Both the position numbers and the translations under genes were made by a program. From Flectonema sp. DT1601 (taxonomy: Eukaryota), in NCBI GenBank assembly GCA_964019425.1, contig OZ025786.1:1302001-1366000 (forward strand): a DNA stretch of 64,000 nucleotides, read 5' to 3'. This document shows positions 36,329 through 49,473 of this stretch, in pieces. A model generated the notes under the pieces. It saw nothing but the letters and a program-made list of their open reading frames with translations. It made no database searches and was not told the origin of the DNA. Within the stretch, counting starts at the first letter, position 1. The number at the start of each line of letters is the position of its first letter.

Positions 36329-38956
36329 GAATAAACAATGTTATCATTGTTTTTTTTATCGTTCGACTTTGTTGACTAATTTCTATTTTCCGTTTTTTTT
36401 CTTTTAAAAAATAAATAAAAAGAATTTAAAATAAAAAAAAAGAATAAACAATGTTATCATTGTTTTTTTATCGATCGACTATGTCGATCACTTTCTATTT
36501 TCCGTCCTGGTCAAGACGCTAAACTGATTGTTTTTTTTCAAAATTAATAAAAAAGAATATAAAAAAAAAAAAAAAAAAGAATAAACAATGTTATCATTGT
36601 TTTTTTTTTTATCGTTCGACTTTGTCGACTAATTTCTATTTTCCGTTTCTTTTCTTTAAAGAATAAATAAAAAGAATTTAAAATAAAAAAAAAGAATAAA
36701 CAATGCTATCATTGTTTTTTTTATCGATCGACTATGTCGATCACTTTCTATTTTCCGTCCTGGTCAAGACGCTAAACTGATTGTTTTTTTTTTTCAAAAT
36801 TAATAAAAAAGAATATAAAAAAATACAAAAAAAAAGAATAAACAATGTTATCATTGTTTTTTTTTATCGTTCGACTTTGTCGACTAATTTCTATTTTCCG
36901 TTTTTTTTCTTTTAAAAATAAATAAAAAGAATTTAAAATAAAAAAAAAGAATAAACAATGTTATCATTGTTTTTTTATCGATCGACTATGTCGATCACTT
37001 TCTATTTTCCGTCCTGGTCAAGACGCTAAACTGATTGTTTTTTTTTTTTCAAAATAAAAAAAAAATATTAAAAAAAAAAAAATAAAAAAAAAAAAGAATA
37101 AACAATGTTATCATTGTTTTTCTTTATCGTTCGACTTTGTTGACTAATTTCTATTTTCCGTTTTTTTTTCTTTAAAAAATAAATAAAAAGAATTTAAAAA
37201 AAAAAAAAAAAAAAAAAGAATAAACAATGTTATCATTGTTTTTTTTATCGATCGACTATGTCGATTACTTTCTATTTTCCGTCCTGGTCAAGACGCTAAA
37301 CTGATTGTTTTTTTTCAAAATTAATAAAAAAGAATATAAAAAAATACAAAAAAAAGAATAAACAATGTTATCATTGTTTTCTTTATCGATCGACTATGTC
37401 GATTACTTTCTATTTTCCGTCCTGGTCAAGACGCTAAACTGATTGTTTTTTTTTCAAAATTAATAAAAAAGAATATAAAAAAATACAAAAAAAAGAATAA
37501 ACAATGTTATCATTGTTTTTTTTATCGATCGACTATGTCGATTACTTTCTATTTTCCGTCCTGGTCAAGACGCTAAACTGATTGTTTTTTTTTCAAAATT
37601 AATAAAAAAGAATATAAAAAAATACAAAAAAAAGAATAAACAATGTTATCATTGTTTTTTTTATCGATCGACTATGTCGATTACTTTCTATTTTCCGTCC
37701 TGGTCAAGACGCTAAACTGATTGTTTTTTTTTTCAAAATTAATAAAAAAGAATATAAAAAAATACAAAAAAAAGAATAAACAATGTTATCATTGTTTTTT
37801 TTATCGATCGACTATGTCGATTACTTTCTATTTTCCGTCCTGGTCAAGACGCTAAACTGATTGTTTTTTTTTTCAAAATAAAAAAAAAATATTAAAAAAA
37901 AAAAAATAAAAAAAAAGAATAAACAATGTTATCATTGTTTTTTTTTATCGTTCGACTTTATTGACTAATTTCTATTTTCCGTTTTTTTTCTTTAAAAAAT
38001 AAAAAAAAAGAATTTAAAAAAAAAAAAAAAAAAAGAATAAACAATGTTATCATTGTTTTTTTTATCGATCGACTATGTCGATTACTTTCTATTTTCCGTC
38101 CTGGTCAAGACGCTAAACTGATTGTTTTTTTTTCAAAATTAATAAAAAAAAAGAATATAAAAAAATACAAAAAAAAGAATAAACAATGTTATCATTGTTT
38201 TTTTTTATCGTTCGACTTTGTCGACTAATTTCTATTTTCCGTTTTTTTTCTTTAAAAAATTAATAAAAAGAATTTAAAATAAAAAAAAAAAAGAATAAAC
38301 AATGTTATCATTGTTTTTTTTATCGATCGACTATGTCGATTACTTTCTATTTTCCGTCCTGGTCAAGACGCTAAACTGATTGTTTTTTTTTTCAAAATTA
38401 ATAAAAAAGAATATAAAAAAAATAAAAAAAAAAAAGAATAAACAATGTTATCATTGTTTTTTTTTATCGTTCGACTTTGTTGACTAATTTCTATTTTCCA
38501 TTTTTTTTCTTTTTAAAAATAAATAAAAAGAATTAAAATAAAAAAAAAAAAAAAAGAATAAACAATGTTATCATTGTTTTTTTTATCGATCGACTATGTC
38601 GATTACTTTCTATTTTCCGTCCTGGTCAGGACGCTAAACTGATTGTTTTTTCTTTAAAAATAAATAAAAAGAATAAAAAAAAAAAAAAAAGGAATAAACA
38701 ATGTTATCATTGTTTTTTTTTTATCGATCGACTATGTCGATTACTTACTATTTTCCGTCCTGGTCAAGACGCTAAACTGATTGTTTTTTCTTTAAAATAA
38801 TTAAAAAGATTTAAAAAAAAAAAAAAAAAAAAAAAATGAATAAACAATGTTATCATTGTTTTTTTTTCTATCGATCAACTATGTCGATTAATTTCTATTT
38901 TCCGTCCTGATCGAGACGCTAAACTGATTGTTTCCTTTTTTTAAATAATAAATAAG

Positions 38957-38988
<32 letters not shown>

Positions 38989-39387
38989 ATCTCCCTGCTA
39001 TCCCTCATATCCCCACAATAATATTATACCTTTTCATTTTCTCTTTCCTTTTCTGGTCTTTTTTTTTTTCTTTTTTTCCTTTTTCATACAACGTTTTTTA
39101 TTTATATATATATATTTTTTTTTTTTTTTTTCATGTTTGATTATTTCCTCTTCATTTTTTTTTTTCTTTTCTTTTCTTTCTTTTTTTTTTTTTTTCCTCT
39201 GCCTCTCTCTTAATTCTGTTCGTTTCTTTGAAACGAAAATTCATTTGAATATTATTCCTTGGTCAGCAACCATCATTGTCGCCCTTTGGGCCTGTTAAAA
39301 AAAAATAAAATAAAAAGAAAGTTTACATCGGGAATAGGGCAGGAGCCAAAAGCTCCCAGTCCGTTACTTCCCACTTTATCGAAATTC
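30935..39387 (+). mobile_element. H copy 3: 5'-truncated ORF (variant B tail, stop 34025), 3' UTR, satellite array and cap
   Basis: The host-copy sequence CCCACTTT^AGTCAACAAG is split exactly around it and resumes at 39388. Confidence 0.85.
35780..38960 (+). repeat. Satellite array of ~139-bp (A) and ~113-bp (B) units
   Basis: Core GAATAAACAATGTTATCATTG(T)nATCGATCGACTATGTCGAT...TTTTCCGTCCTGGTCAAGACGCTAAACTGATTG; A-unit starts at 37356, 37495 and 37634. Confidence 0.95.
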
Positions 39388-39524
39388 AGTCAACAAGTTT
39401 CCCCCCGAACCCCCGTTCTGTATGAATCTGTTGCTATGATGAAGATAGCAAAGAACTACCTCTCGCTCTTTACAACTACGAGTAGTCTTTTTACTCCTCT
39501 TATTAAACCCCTTATCCCTACCCT
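39388..39524 (+). pseudogene. Resumed fragment of the outer H ORF
   Basis: Matches ~42688-42824. Confidence 0.85.
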
Positions 39525-42500
39525 GGTCAAGACGCTAAACTGATTGTTTTTTTTTTCAAAATAAAAAAAATATTAAAAAAAAAAAAATAAAAAAAAAGAA
39601 TAAACAATGTTATCATTGTTTTTTTTTTATTGTTCGACTTTGTTGACTAATTTCTATTTTCCGTTTTTTTTTCTTTAAAAAATAAATAAAAAGAATTTAA
39701 AAAAAAAAAAAAAAAAAGAATAAACATTGGATTTGGCAGATGCTTTCGGCTCAGTCAAACATCAATTAATTTTCTTTGCTTTAAAATATTTCGGAATTCA
39801 CGAAAGAATAATCGGTTTCTATAAAAGGTATTATTCCTCCATGCGCGTCCAAATCAGAGTTGGAGAAGGCCTGACGCCCACTATCCCTTTTGAAGTTGGT
39901 GTCTTTCAAGGCTGCGTTTCCTCCCCAACCCTTTTTAATTTGGTATTCCAACTACTGCTCTTTTCCTTAGCAGTTCATCAACAGGAAGCCTACGAGTTTA
40001 ACAATAAATCCCTCCAACTATTAGTTGCAGCTTTTGCTGATGATTTACAACTTACCACGTCATCAAAGGCGGGGGCAAAATTGCTAATCAAGTCGCTCGA
40101 ACAGTTTCTTTCCTGGTCTCGTGGTATGAAAGCGAAACCCCAGAAATGCATTGCCCACAGCTTTGTACAAGGGAAACCAGCTAACCCGGACCTGAAGATT
40201 AACAATGTTCCGATTACGAATCTCCAGGAAGCTGGAGAGTTCAAATACCTCGGGCGTTGGTTTGAGCCGAACGCCAAAGAACAGAAATTGCGAGAGCGCC
40301 TGACCACTTTTACCAGGAATTTTTTAAAAAAAGTCGACGCCATGCCACTATATGGGTCTCAGAAGGCTTGGTCTGTCCAACACTTGTTATTGTCAAGGTT
40401 AACATGGAGTTTAATGATCCATGACTTATCTCTCCCTTTTGCCAAAAAAATGGACAAAATTATTAAACCTTTTTTGAAGAAATGGTGGGGATTTGTCCGC
40501 TCTGCGAACACAGTCATCCTTTTTACCGGTTCAAAGAATACTGTTGGTCTCAGACACAAAAGAGTTGAGACGCTATATAAACAAGCGCAATCAATTAAAC
40601 TAGACATCCTCAGATCCTCACAGGACTCTGACATGCACGGTGTCTACAATGTTATTATGGAGAAATCGTCCAACTGGTCGAAAAAGTTTTCAGCTTCTGC
40701 TGAGTGGGAGCGCCTTATTAAGTTTTTTTCTTACCGTTCTCTTGCGAAGCAATCAGCTGGTCTTGGTCACCGATTGCGCGATCTACGTACTACTCGCCCC
40801 GATCTCCTTAAGCGTTTTGAAGTGGAAGCCACAGATGAACTACTGAACTCTTTGAATAAATTACAAGTCCAAGGTCAATGGAAGGAGTGGTCTAAATGTA
40901 TGATAAACGACTTCACCTGGAATAAGGTACTTAGGGAGGGAAATCCTGCCTATATCTCATTTCAACTGAAAGCGGTTACAAACACCCTCCCCTCACAAGA
41001 TAATTTAAAGAGGTGGAACATCACCAATGTGGACCAAAATTGTGTTTTGTGTGGCAAAGTGAATCCTACCCTCAGGCATGTCTTAACAGGCTGTCCTGTC
41101 TCTTTAACACAAGGGAGGTTCACGTGGCGTCACGACAGCGTTCTAAAACGCATTGTTATCTTCTTGGAAGAGTTGATAATAAAAGCCAACAAAAGAAAAG
41201 AAAACCTTCCGCCTCCCTCTCAAACTTTTTTAAAAACAGGGGAAAATAAACCCCTAGAAAGAATTTCTAAAGAGACAGGCGAACTTTCACTAGCGAATGA
41301 TTGGGTCATCCTCGACGATGTCGGTGATAACCGCCTAATTGTTCCTCTTGAAGTGTGCCATGTCTCGTCCTCTCTAAGACCAGACATTTTTATTTATTCT
41401 TTTTTTGCGAAAAGAGCACTGATTCTGGAGCTGACGTGTCCAAATGAAGATCGTTTCGAAACCTCTCATGTCTTAAAGGAAAAGAAATACCTAAAGCTAA
41501 GAGACTCGATCATCGCTAATGGCTTCGACTGTAACATTTTTACTATTGAAGTTGGCGTACGAGGAAACATCTGCATGGACCAGCTGAACATCTGGACACG
41601 TCACATCGGTTCACCTTTAGCACCAACAAAAGCTTTATTTTGTGAATGCACCAGAATCGCCAGACAGTGCTCATATGTTCTGTTCCAGACGAGGAACCTC
41701 CCCACGTGGCATTCAAGACCACTAATGCGCAGCATTAAAGAAGAACCTGCCACTGCAAGTTTTATAAAAGATGGTAAAGAAATCTTCCCTGTGGAAGAAG
41801 TCAAAATCCACAAAGTAACAAAACTGAAAACGATCGAAAAGCTCACCATTGAAAGATCGTGGCTTGAGAAATGTTTTATCTGGCAAACTTGTTACGCATC
41901 GGCTCTTTCTATTCTACTTGTTGCCAATGGTTCTTCCTCCCCGGCCCCTTCTGTTTTGTTAGATGAGGATGAGCTCACTGGACTCTCCTTGTCATTCTCT
42001 TCTATTTCTTCCATCTCTTTCCAGACTCCCCCACCTGAACTCATGTCAACGGGATCGCAAACACTTCCTGCTGATTTCGCTATAGTGATAAGAACTCAAT
42101 CTGACATGGGTTCTCAAACCCCCTTGTACAAAAAAAAAGAAGGAAAATTAAGGCTGAAACTTTCCTTGAAATGCCAGATTTTAGAAAACGAATTAGAGCA
42201 AATGAAAGAACGAATTTTTTATGTTCTATTTTTATTTTACTTTAATGCGATGTCAGCCTCCCTCGAGAAAGACAAGCAGTTACTAAATGGATTACCTGTT
42301 GAGATCAAAGCTACCAACCAGGATCCATCCTCACTTCCTCCTGCACCCCCTGTTTTAATTATTGAAAAAGATAGAAAAGAATATGAACTTCTGGAAGGAG
42401 TAATTCAACGGTTAACAGCAGAACGCGATGAATCGAAGACTTCTCTTTCTGCACTAGTTCGACAATATGACTTAGTGGAAGATTACAGGAAACGTGAGCT

Positions 42501-43738
42501 CGCAAATCTGACTCAGAGAGCAGACCTATCGGAAATGGCGCTCTTTAATTACCATCAAAGGTTTGTTCTTCTGTCGAACGAATTGGAGACCAAATGTAAT
42601 GAGGAAAGAGAAAGTAAAATTAGACTTTTCTATACTCAACAGGAGGTCGAGAGTTTGCGTGCCGCGCGTCCCCGTATGACCCACTTTAGTCAACAAGTTT
42701 CCCCCCGAACCCCCGTTCTGTATGAATCTGTTGCTATGATGAAGATAGCAAAGAACTACCTCTCGCTCTTTACAACTACGAGTAGTCTTTTTACTCCTCT
42801 TATTAAACCCCTTATCCCTACCCTTAATTATATCACCCCTCTTTGTCCTCTAGCCTCAATTCCTCCGACAATGCCGCAGAGTGAAGCTCTCGACCGCACG
42901 CCGACCAAGATTTTACGACAAGAGAGTCACGTTATCTCCGTTAAAGAGAATACACCTATTGCGAGACAATGGTCCGAGGGTAGGATTGACTTACTCGAGA
43001 ACTACTGTCGAGCAGTAGATGACTCTCTCGAAACAAACGAGAAAGCGGCAGAGCTCTCAGAACAACTTCTGGATGCCCAACTTCGCCTCTCGGAGCTGAA
43101 TCACCAACGGTGTACAACTCACGCAGAGCAGCTTGAGCAATCCATGATGTTAACGGGACTGGCGAGCGATTTAAATGCTCAACTCGCTTTGGCACGGTCT
43201 CAAATTGCGGCCCTGAAGTTCCAATTAGCTTCATGGGCAGAAGGTTTGAGTCCGCCAGACACAGAAGAACATGAGGAAAATGAAACTCCGCCGAGAAAGT
43301 CTGAGCGTTCAACTCTGAAAAAACGAACCCCTCCATCAAGATATCGTTACAATCGAAGGAGATGTTCTGCTGATGACGTTCACGGTGACTCCACCCCCTT
43401 GTAATTCTCTTTTTCCTTACTTTCACATCACTTTGTTTATTTAGTTTTTTAGCTTATTTATTATTTATTGTTCGTTTTTGTTTGTATTATTTTATCGATA
43501 TGTTTATGTCCGTCAGATCATAACGTTAATCAGGTTAATTGTTAATTGTTAATTATAAATGGTCTAAACCCCAATCCAAGTTCCCAAGGCTTGGCATAGA
43601 TTTGAGTGACGCCTTACTGGCCTCCTCATCCTCTATGAGTGGTGAGGGGGCCAGCAATGGTTTTTTTTTTTTTCTCTTATTTCTTTTTTTCTTTTTCTTT
43701 TACTCTAATATGAAATATTTTTGAACAAAATGTGATTA

Positions 43739-43770
<32 letters not shown>

Positions 43771-45024
43771 TGTAAATGAATAATAAAAAAAAAAAAAAAA
43801 AAAAATCATGCCTTGGGAATACAACCAAAGCCCCAATTAATCGGTCCTTTCTTTTTTCCTTCTTGTCAAGTGATCGCTCCACTCGTCGATCACCAAAACC
43901 GATTGTATTTATATCTGTTCTTTTCTCAACGATCGGCTATACCGATCATTTTTTTTAAAAATAATTGTTTTCTTCTTCTCGACGATCAGATCCAATTGAT
44001 CGACCTTTTCTTTTTTTTTCCTTTATTCCTTCCATCCCTCCCGCTCCCCTTATTTTAATAAAAACAAGATCAGCTCAGCTTGATCGTTAAACTTTTTTTA
44101 TTTATTTATTTTTTTTTTTTATTTATTTAAACTGATTGTATTTATATCTGGTTATTTTTCTCAACGATCGGCTATGCCGATCGACCTTTAAAATAATTGT
44201 CTTCTTCTTCTCGACGACCAGATCCAATTGATCGACCTTTTCTTTTTTTTTCCCTTTATTCCTTCCATCCCTCCCGCTCCCCTTATTTTAATAAAAACAA
44301 GATCAGCTCAGCTTGATCGTTATTTATTTATTTATTTATATATTTTTTTTTTTTTTTTTTTTTTTTTGTTGGTCCTAGTCAAGACCTTAAACTGACTAAT
44401 CGGTCTTAACTTTAACTAAGTGAATGAACCCTTTCCGTTTTCCTTTTCCCTTTATTACTCTCTATCTGGTCTGTTATGTCATAAATCTCATTTAATTTTA
44501 TCATTCATTTTAATTTTCACTGTTTCCCATCTACATTTTATTTTCAAATAGTTCCGGTCTGTCTCTGATGATAAATTAAACTGATCATGTTAACTCAATT
44601 TTTTTTTTATTATGTGCAAGAGATACCAACACGCAAGAGATACCAACGCACATACGAGATACCAGCACTTCCGAGATACCGACACACAAGAGATACCAAG
44701 ACACTTAAGATACCAGCAAGGACAGTGAGAGGTAGAATGAACTCTCCTCCTTGTGTCCGATCCTGATTATTTTTTGTTGAATTGGTAGTGTTACCTCATT
44801 TTGCTACTCTCGTATCTGTGTTGTGTTAACTCATGTAAGTGATCTTAACTCCTGTTAAATAAAAAAAAAAAAATTTCAAAAAAAAAGAAATTAAAAAAGA
44901 AGAATTTTCAAATGAAGTTATATCAACCCCTGCCACCCATTATGATCAATTCCGCTTGTTTTTTTTTTTTTCTTTTTTCTTCTTTCTTTTCTTCAAATAT
45001 AAAAAAAAATTAAAAAATATAAAA

Positions 45025-48000
45025 GATGAAACAATGTTATCATTGTTTTTTTTATCGATCGACTATGTCGATTACTTCCAGTTTTCCGTCCTGGTCAAGA
45101 CGCTAAACTGATTGTTTTTTTTTTTTTTTTTTTTAAAAAATTAATAAAAAGAATATATTAAAAAAAAAAAAAAAAAGAATAAACAATGTTATCATTGTTT
45201 TTTTTTATCGTTCGACTCTGTCGACTAATTTCTATTTTCCGTTTCTTTTCTTTAAATAATAAATAAAAAGAATTTAAAATAAAAAAAAGGAATAAACAAT
45301 GTTATCATTGTTTTTTTATCGATCGACTATGTCGATTACTTTCTATTTTCCGTCCTGGTCAAGACGCTAAACTGATTGTTTTTTTTTTCAAAATTAATAA
45401 AAAAGAATATTAAAAAAAAAAAAAAAAAAAAAAAAGAATAAACAATGTTATCATTGTTTTTTTTTATTGTTCGACTTTGTTGACTAATTTCTATTTTCCG
45501 TTTTTTTTCTTTAAAAAATAAATAAAAAGAATTTAAAATAAAAAAAAAGAATAAACAATGTTATCATTGTTTTTTTATCGATCGACTATGTCGATCACTT
45601 TCTATTTTCCGTCCTGGTCAAGACGCTAAACTGATTGTTTTTTTTTTCAAAATTAATAAAAAAGAATACTGCAACTGGAAATATTACTGCGCGGAAAAAA
45701 CCGCACTAATTTCCAAATCTGCAAAAAACCGCACTAATTTTTCCACGCAGTAATATTTCCACCGCACTAATATTTCTGCTCAGAAGTGATTTTTTCTCCA
45801 GCTGCATTTTTCTGCTGGTGCCTTACACAGCAAAAAAGCAACCAAATTTTTTTCTACCACCAAGTGGAAAAAACCGCACTAATCTTTTCTCAAAAAAACC
45901 GCACTAATTTTTCCGCGCAGTAATATTTCCCCGCAGTAATTATTCAGCGCAGTAATATTTCCAGTTGCAGTATAAAAAAAAAAAAAAAAAAAAAAAAAAT
46001 AAACAATGTTATCATTGTTTTTTTTATCGTTCGACTTTGTTGACTAATTTCTATTTTCTGTTTTTTTTTCTTTAAAAAAAAAATAAATAAAAAGAATTTA
46101 AAATAAAAAAAAAGAATAAACAATGTTATCATTGTTTTTTTATCGATCGACTATGTCGATCACTTTCTATTTTCCGTCCTGGTCAAGACGCTAAACTGAT
46201 TGTTTTTTTTTCAAAATTAATAAAAAAGAATATAAAAAAAAAAAAAAAAAAAAGAATAAACAATGTTATCATTGTTTTTTTTTTTATCGTTCGACTTTGT
46301 CGACTAATTTCTATTTTCCGTTTCTTTTCTTTAAAGAATAAATAAAAAGAATTTAAAATAAAAAAAAAAGAATAAACAATGTTATCATTGTTTTTTTTAT
46401 CGATCGACTATGTCGATCACTTTCTATTTTCCGTCCTGGTCAAGACGCTAAACTGATTGTTTTTTTTTTTCAAAATTAATAAAAAAGAATATAAAAAAAT
46501 ACAAAAAAAAGAATAAACAATGTTATCATTGTTTTTTTTATCGTTCGACTTTGTCGACTAATTTCTATTTTCCGTTTTTTTTCTTTAAAAAATAAATAAA
46601 AAGATTTTAAATAAAAAAAAAGAATAAACAATGTTATCATTGTTTTTTTATCGATCGACTATGTCGATCACTTTCTATTTTCCGTCCTGGTCAAGACGCT
46701 AAACTGATTGTTTTTTTTTTCAAAATTAATAAAAAAGAATATAAGAAAAAAAAAAAAAAAGAATAAACAATGTTATCATTGTTTTTTTTTATCGTTCGAC
46801 TTTGTCGACTAATTTCTATTTTCCGTTTCTTTTCTTTAAAGAATAAATAAAAAGAATTTAAAATAAAAAAAAAGAATAAACAATGTTATCATTGTTTTTT
46901 TATCGATCGACTATGTCGATCACTTTCTATTTTCCGTCCTGGTCAAGACGCTAAACTGATTGTTTTTTTTTTTTCAAAATTAATAAAAAAGAATATAAAA
47001 AAAAAAAAAAAAAAGGAAAAACAATGTTATCATTGTTTTTTTTTTATCGTTCGACTTTGTCGACTAATTTCTATTTTCCGTTTCTTTTCTTTAAAGAATA
47101 AATAAAAAGAATTTAAAATAAAAATAAAAAAAAAGAATAAACAATGTTATCATTGTTTTTTTTTATCGATCGACTATGTCGATCACTTTCTATTTTCCGT
47201 CCTGGTCAAGACGCTAAACTGATTGTTTTTTTTTTTCAAATTAATAAAAAAGAATATAAAAAAATACAAAAAAAAGAATAAACAATGTTATCATTGTTTT
47301 TTTTATCGTTCGACTTTGTCGACTAATTTCTATTTTCCGTTTTTTTTTTTCTCTTTAAAAAATAAATAAAAAGAATCTAAAATAAAAAAAAAGAATAAAC
47401 AATGTTATCATTGTTTTTTTATCGATCGACTATGTCGATCACTTTCTATTTTCCGTCCTGGTCAAGACGCTAAACTGATTGTTTTTTTTTTTTTTTCAAA
47501 ATTAATAAAAAAGAATATTAAAAAAAATACAAAAAAAAAAAGAATAAACAATGTTATCATTGTTTTTTTTTTTATCGTTCGACTTTGTCGACTAATTTCT
47601 ATTTTCCGTTTCTTTTCTTTAAAGAATAAATAAAAAGAATTTAAAATAAAAATAAAAAAAAAGAATAAACAATGTTATCATTGTTTTTTTTTATCGATCG
47701 ACTATGTCGATCACTTTCTATTTTCCGTCCTGGTCAAGACGCTAAACTGATTGTTTTTTTTTTTCAAATTAATAAAAAAGAATATAAAAAAATACAAAAA
47801 AAAGAATAAACAATGTTATCATTGTTTTTTTTATCGTTCGACTTTGTCGACTAATTTCTATTTTCCGTTTTTTTTTTTCTCTTTAAAAAATAAATAAAAA
47901 GAATCTAAAATAAAAAAAAAGAATAAACAATGTTATCATTGTTTTTTTATCGATCGACTATGTCGATCACTTTCTATTTTCCGTCCTGGTCAAGACGCTA

Positions 48001-49100
48001 AACTGATTGTTTTTTTTTTTTTTTCAAAATTAATAAAAAAGAATATTAAAAAAAATACAAAAAAAAAAAGAATAAACAATGTTATCATTGTTTTTTTTTT
48101 TATCGTTCGACTTTGTCGACTAATTTCTATTTTCCGTTTTTTTTCTTTAAAAAATAAATAAAAAGAATTTAAAATAAAAAAAAAGAATAAACAATGTTAT
48201 CATTGTTTTTTTTTATCGATCGACTATGTCGATTACTTTCTATTTTCCGTCCTGGTCAAGACGCTAAACTGATTGTTTTTTTTTTCAAAATAAAAAAAAT
48301 ATTAAAAAAAAAAAATAAAAAAAAAGAATAAACAATGTTATCATTGTTTTTTTTTTTATCGTTCGACTTTGTTGACTAATTTCTATTTCCGTTTTTTTTC
48401 TTTAAAAAATAAATAAAAAGAATTTAAAAAAAAAAAAAAAAAAAAGAATAAACAATGTTATCATTGTTTTTTTTATCGATCGACTATGTCGATTACTTTC
48501 TATTTTCCGTCCTGGTCAAGACGCTAAACTGATTGTTTTTTTTTCAAAATAAAAAAAATATTAAAAAAAAAAAAATAAAAAAAAGAATAAACAATGTTAT
48601 CATTGTTTTTTTTTATCGTTCGACTTTGTTGACTAATTTCTATTTTCCGTTTTTTTTCTTTAAAAAATTAATAAAAAGAATTTAAAAAAAAAAAAAAAAA
48701 GAATAAACAATGTTATCATTGTTTTTTTTATCGATCGACTATGTCGATTACTTTCTATTTTCCGTCCTGGTCAAGACGCTAAACTGATTGTTTTTTCTTT
48801 AAAAATAAATAAAAAGAATAAAAAAAAAAAAAAAGGAATAAACAATGTTATCATTGTTTTTTTTTTATCGATCGACTATGTCGATTACTTACTATTTTCC
48901 GTCCTGGTCAAGACGCTAAACTGATTGTTTTTTCTTTAAAATAATTAAAAAGATTTAAAAAAAAAAAAAAAAAAAAAAAATGAATAAACAATGTTATCAT
49001 TGTTTTTTTTTCTATCGATCAACTATGTCGATTAATTTCTATTTTCCGTCCTGATCGAGACGCTAAACTGATTGTTTCCTTTTTTTAAATAATAAATAAG
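45025..49100 (+). repeat. Satellite array, mostly alternating A/B units
   Basis: Same units; same first and last units as 35780-38960. Confidence 0.95.
45669..45970. mobile_element. 302-bp MITE, independent insertion into satellite
   Basis: Same TIRs, TA on both sides, a few substitutions versus 27347. Confidence 0.9.
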
Positions 49101-49473
49101 AAAAAAAAAAAAAAAAAAAAAAAAAGAGCATCTCCCTGCTATCCCTCATATCCCCACAATAATATTATACCTTTTCATTTTCTCTTTCCTTTTCTGGTCT
49201 TTTTTTTTTCTTTTTTTTCCTTTTTCATACAACGTTTTTTATTTATATATATATTTTTTTTTTTTTTTTTTTTTCATGTTTGATTATTTCCTCTTCATTT
49301 TTTTTTTCTTTTCTTTTCTTTCTTTTTTTTTTTTTTTCCTCTGCCTCTCTCTTAATTCTGTTCGTTTCTTTGAAACGAAAATTCATTTGAATATTATTCC
49401 TTGGTCAGCAACCATCATTGTCGCCCTTTGGGCCTGTTAAAAAAAAATAAAAATAAAAAGAAAGTTTACATCG

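Noticed and set aside
35780..38960. CRISPR-like array of palindromic repeats
   Set aside because: Intervening sequences are homopolymer-length variants, not unique spacers; no cas genes.
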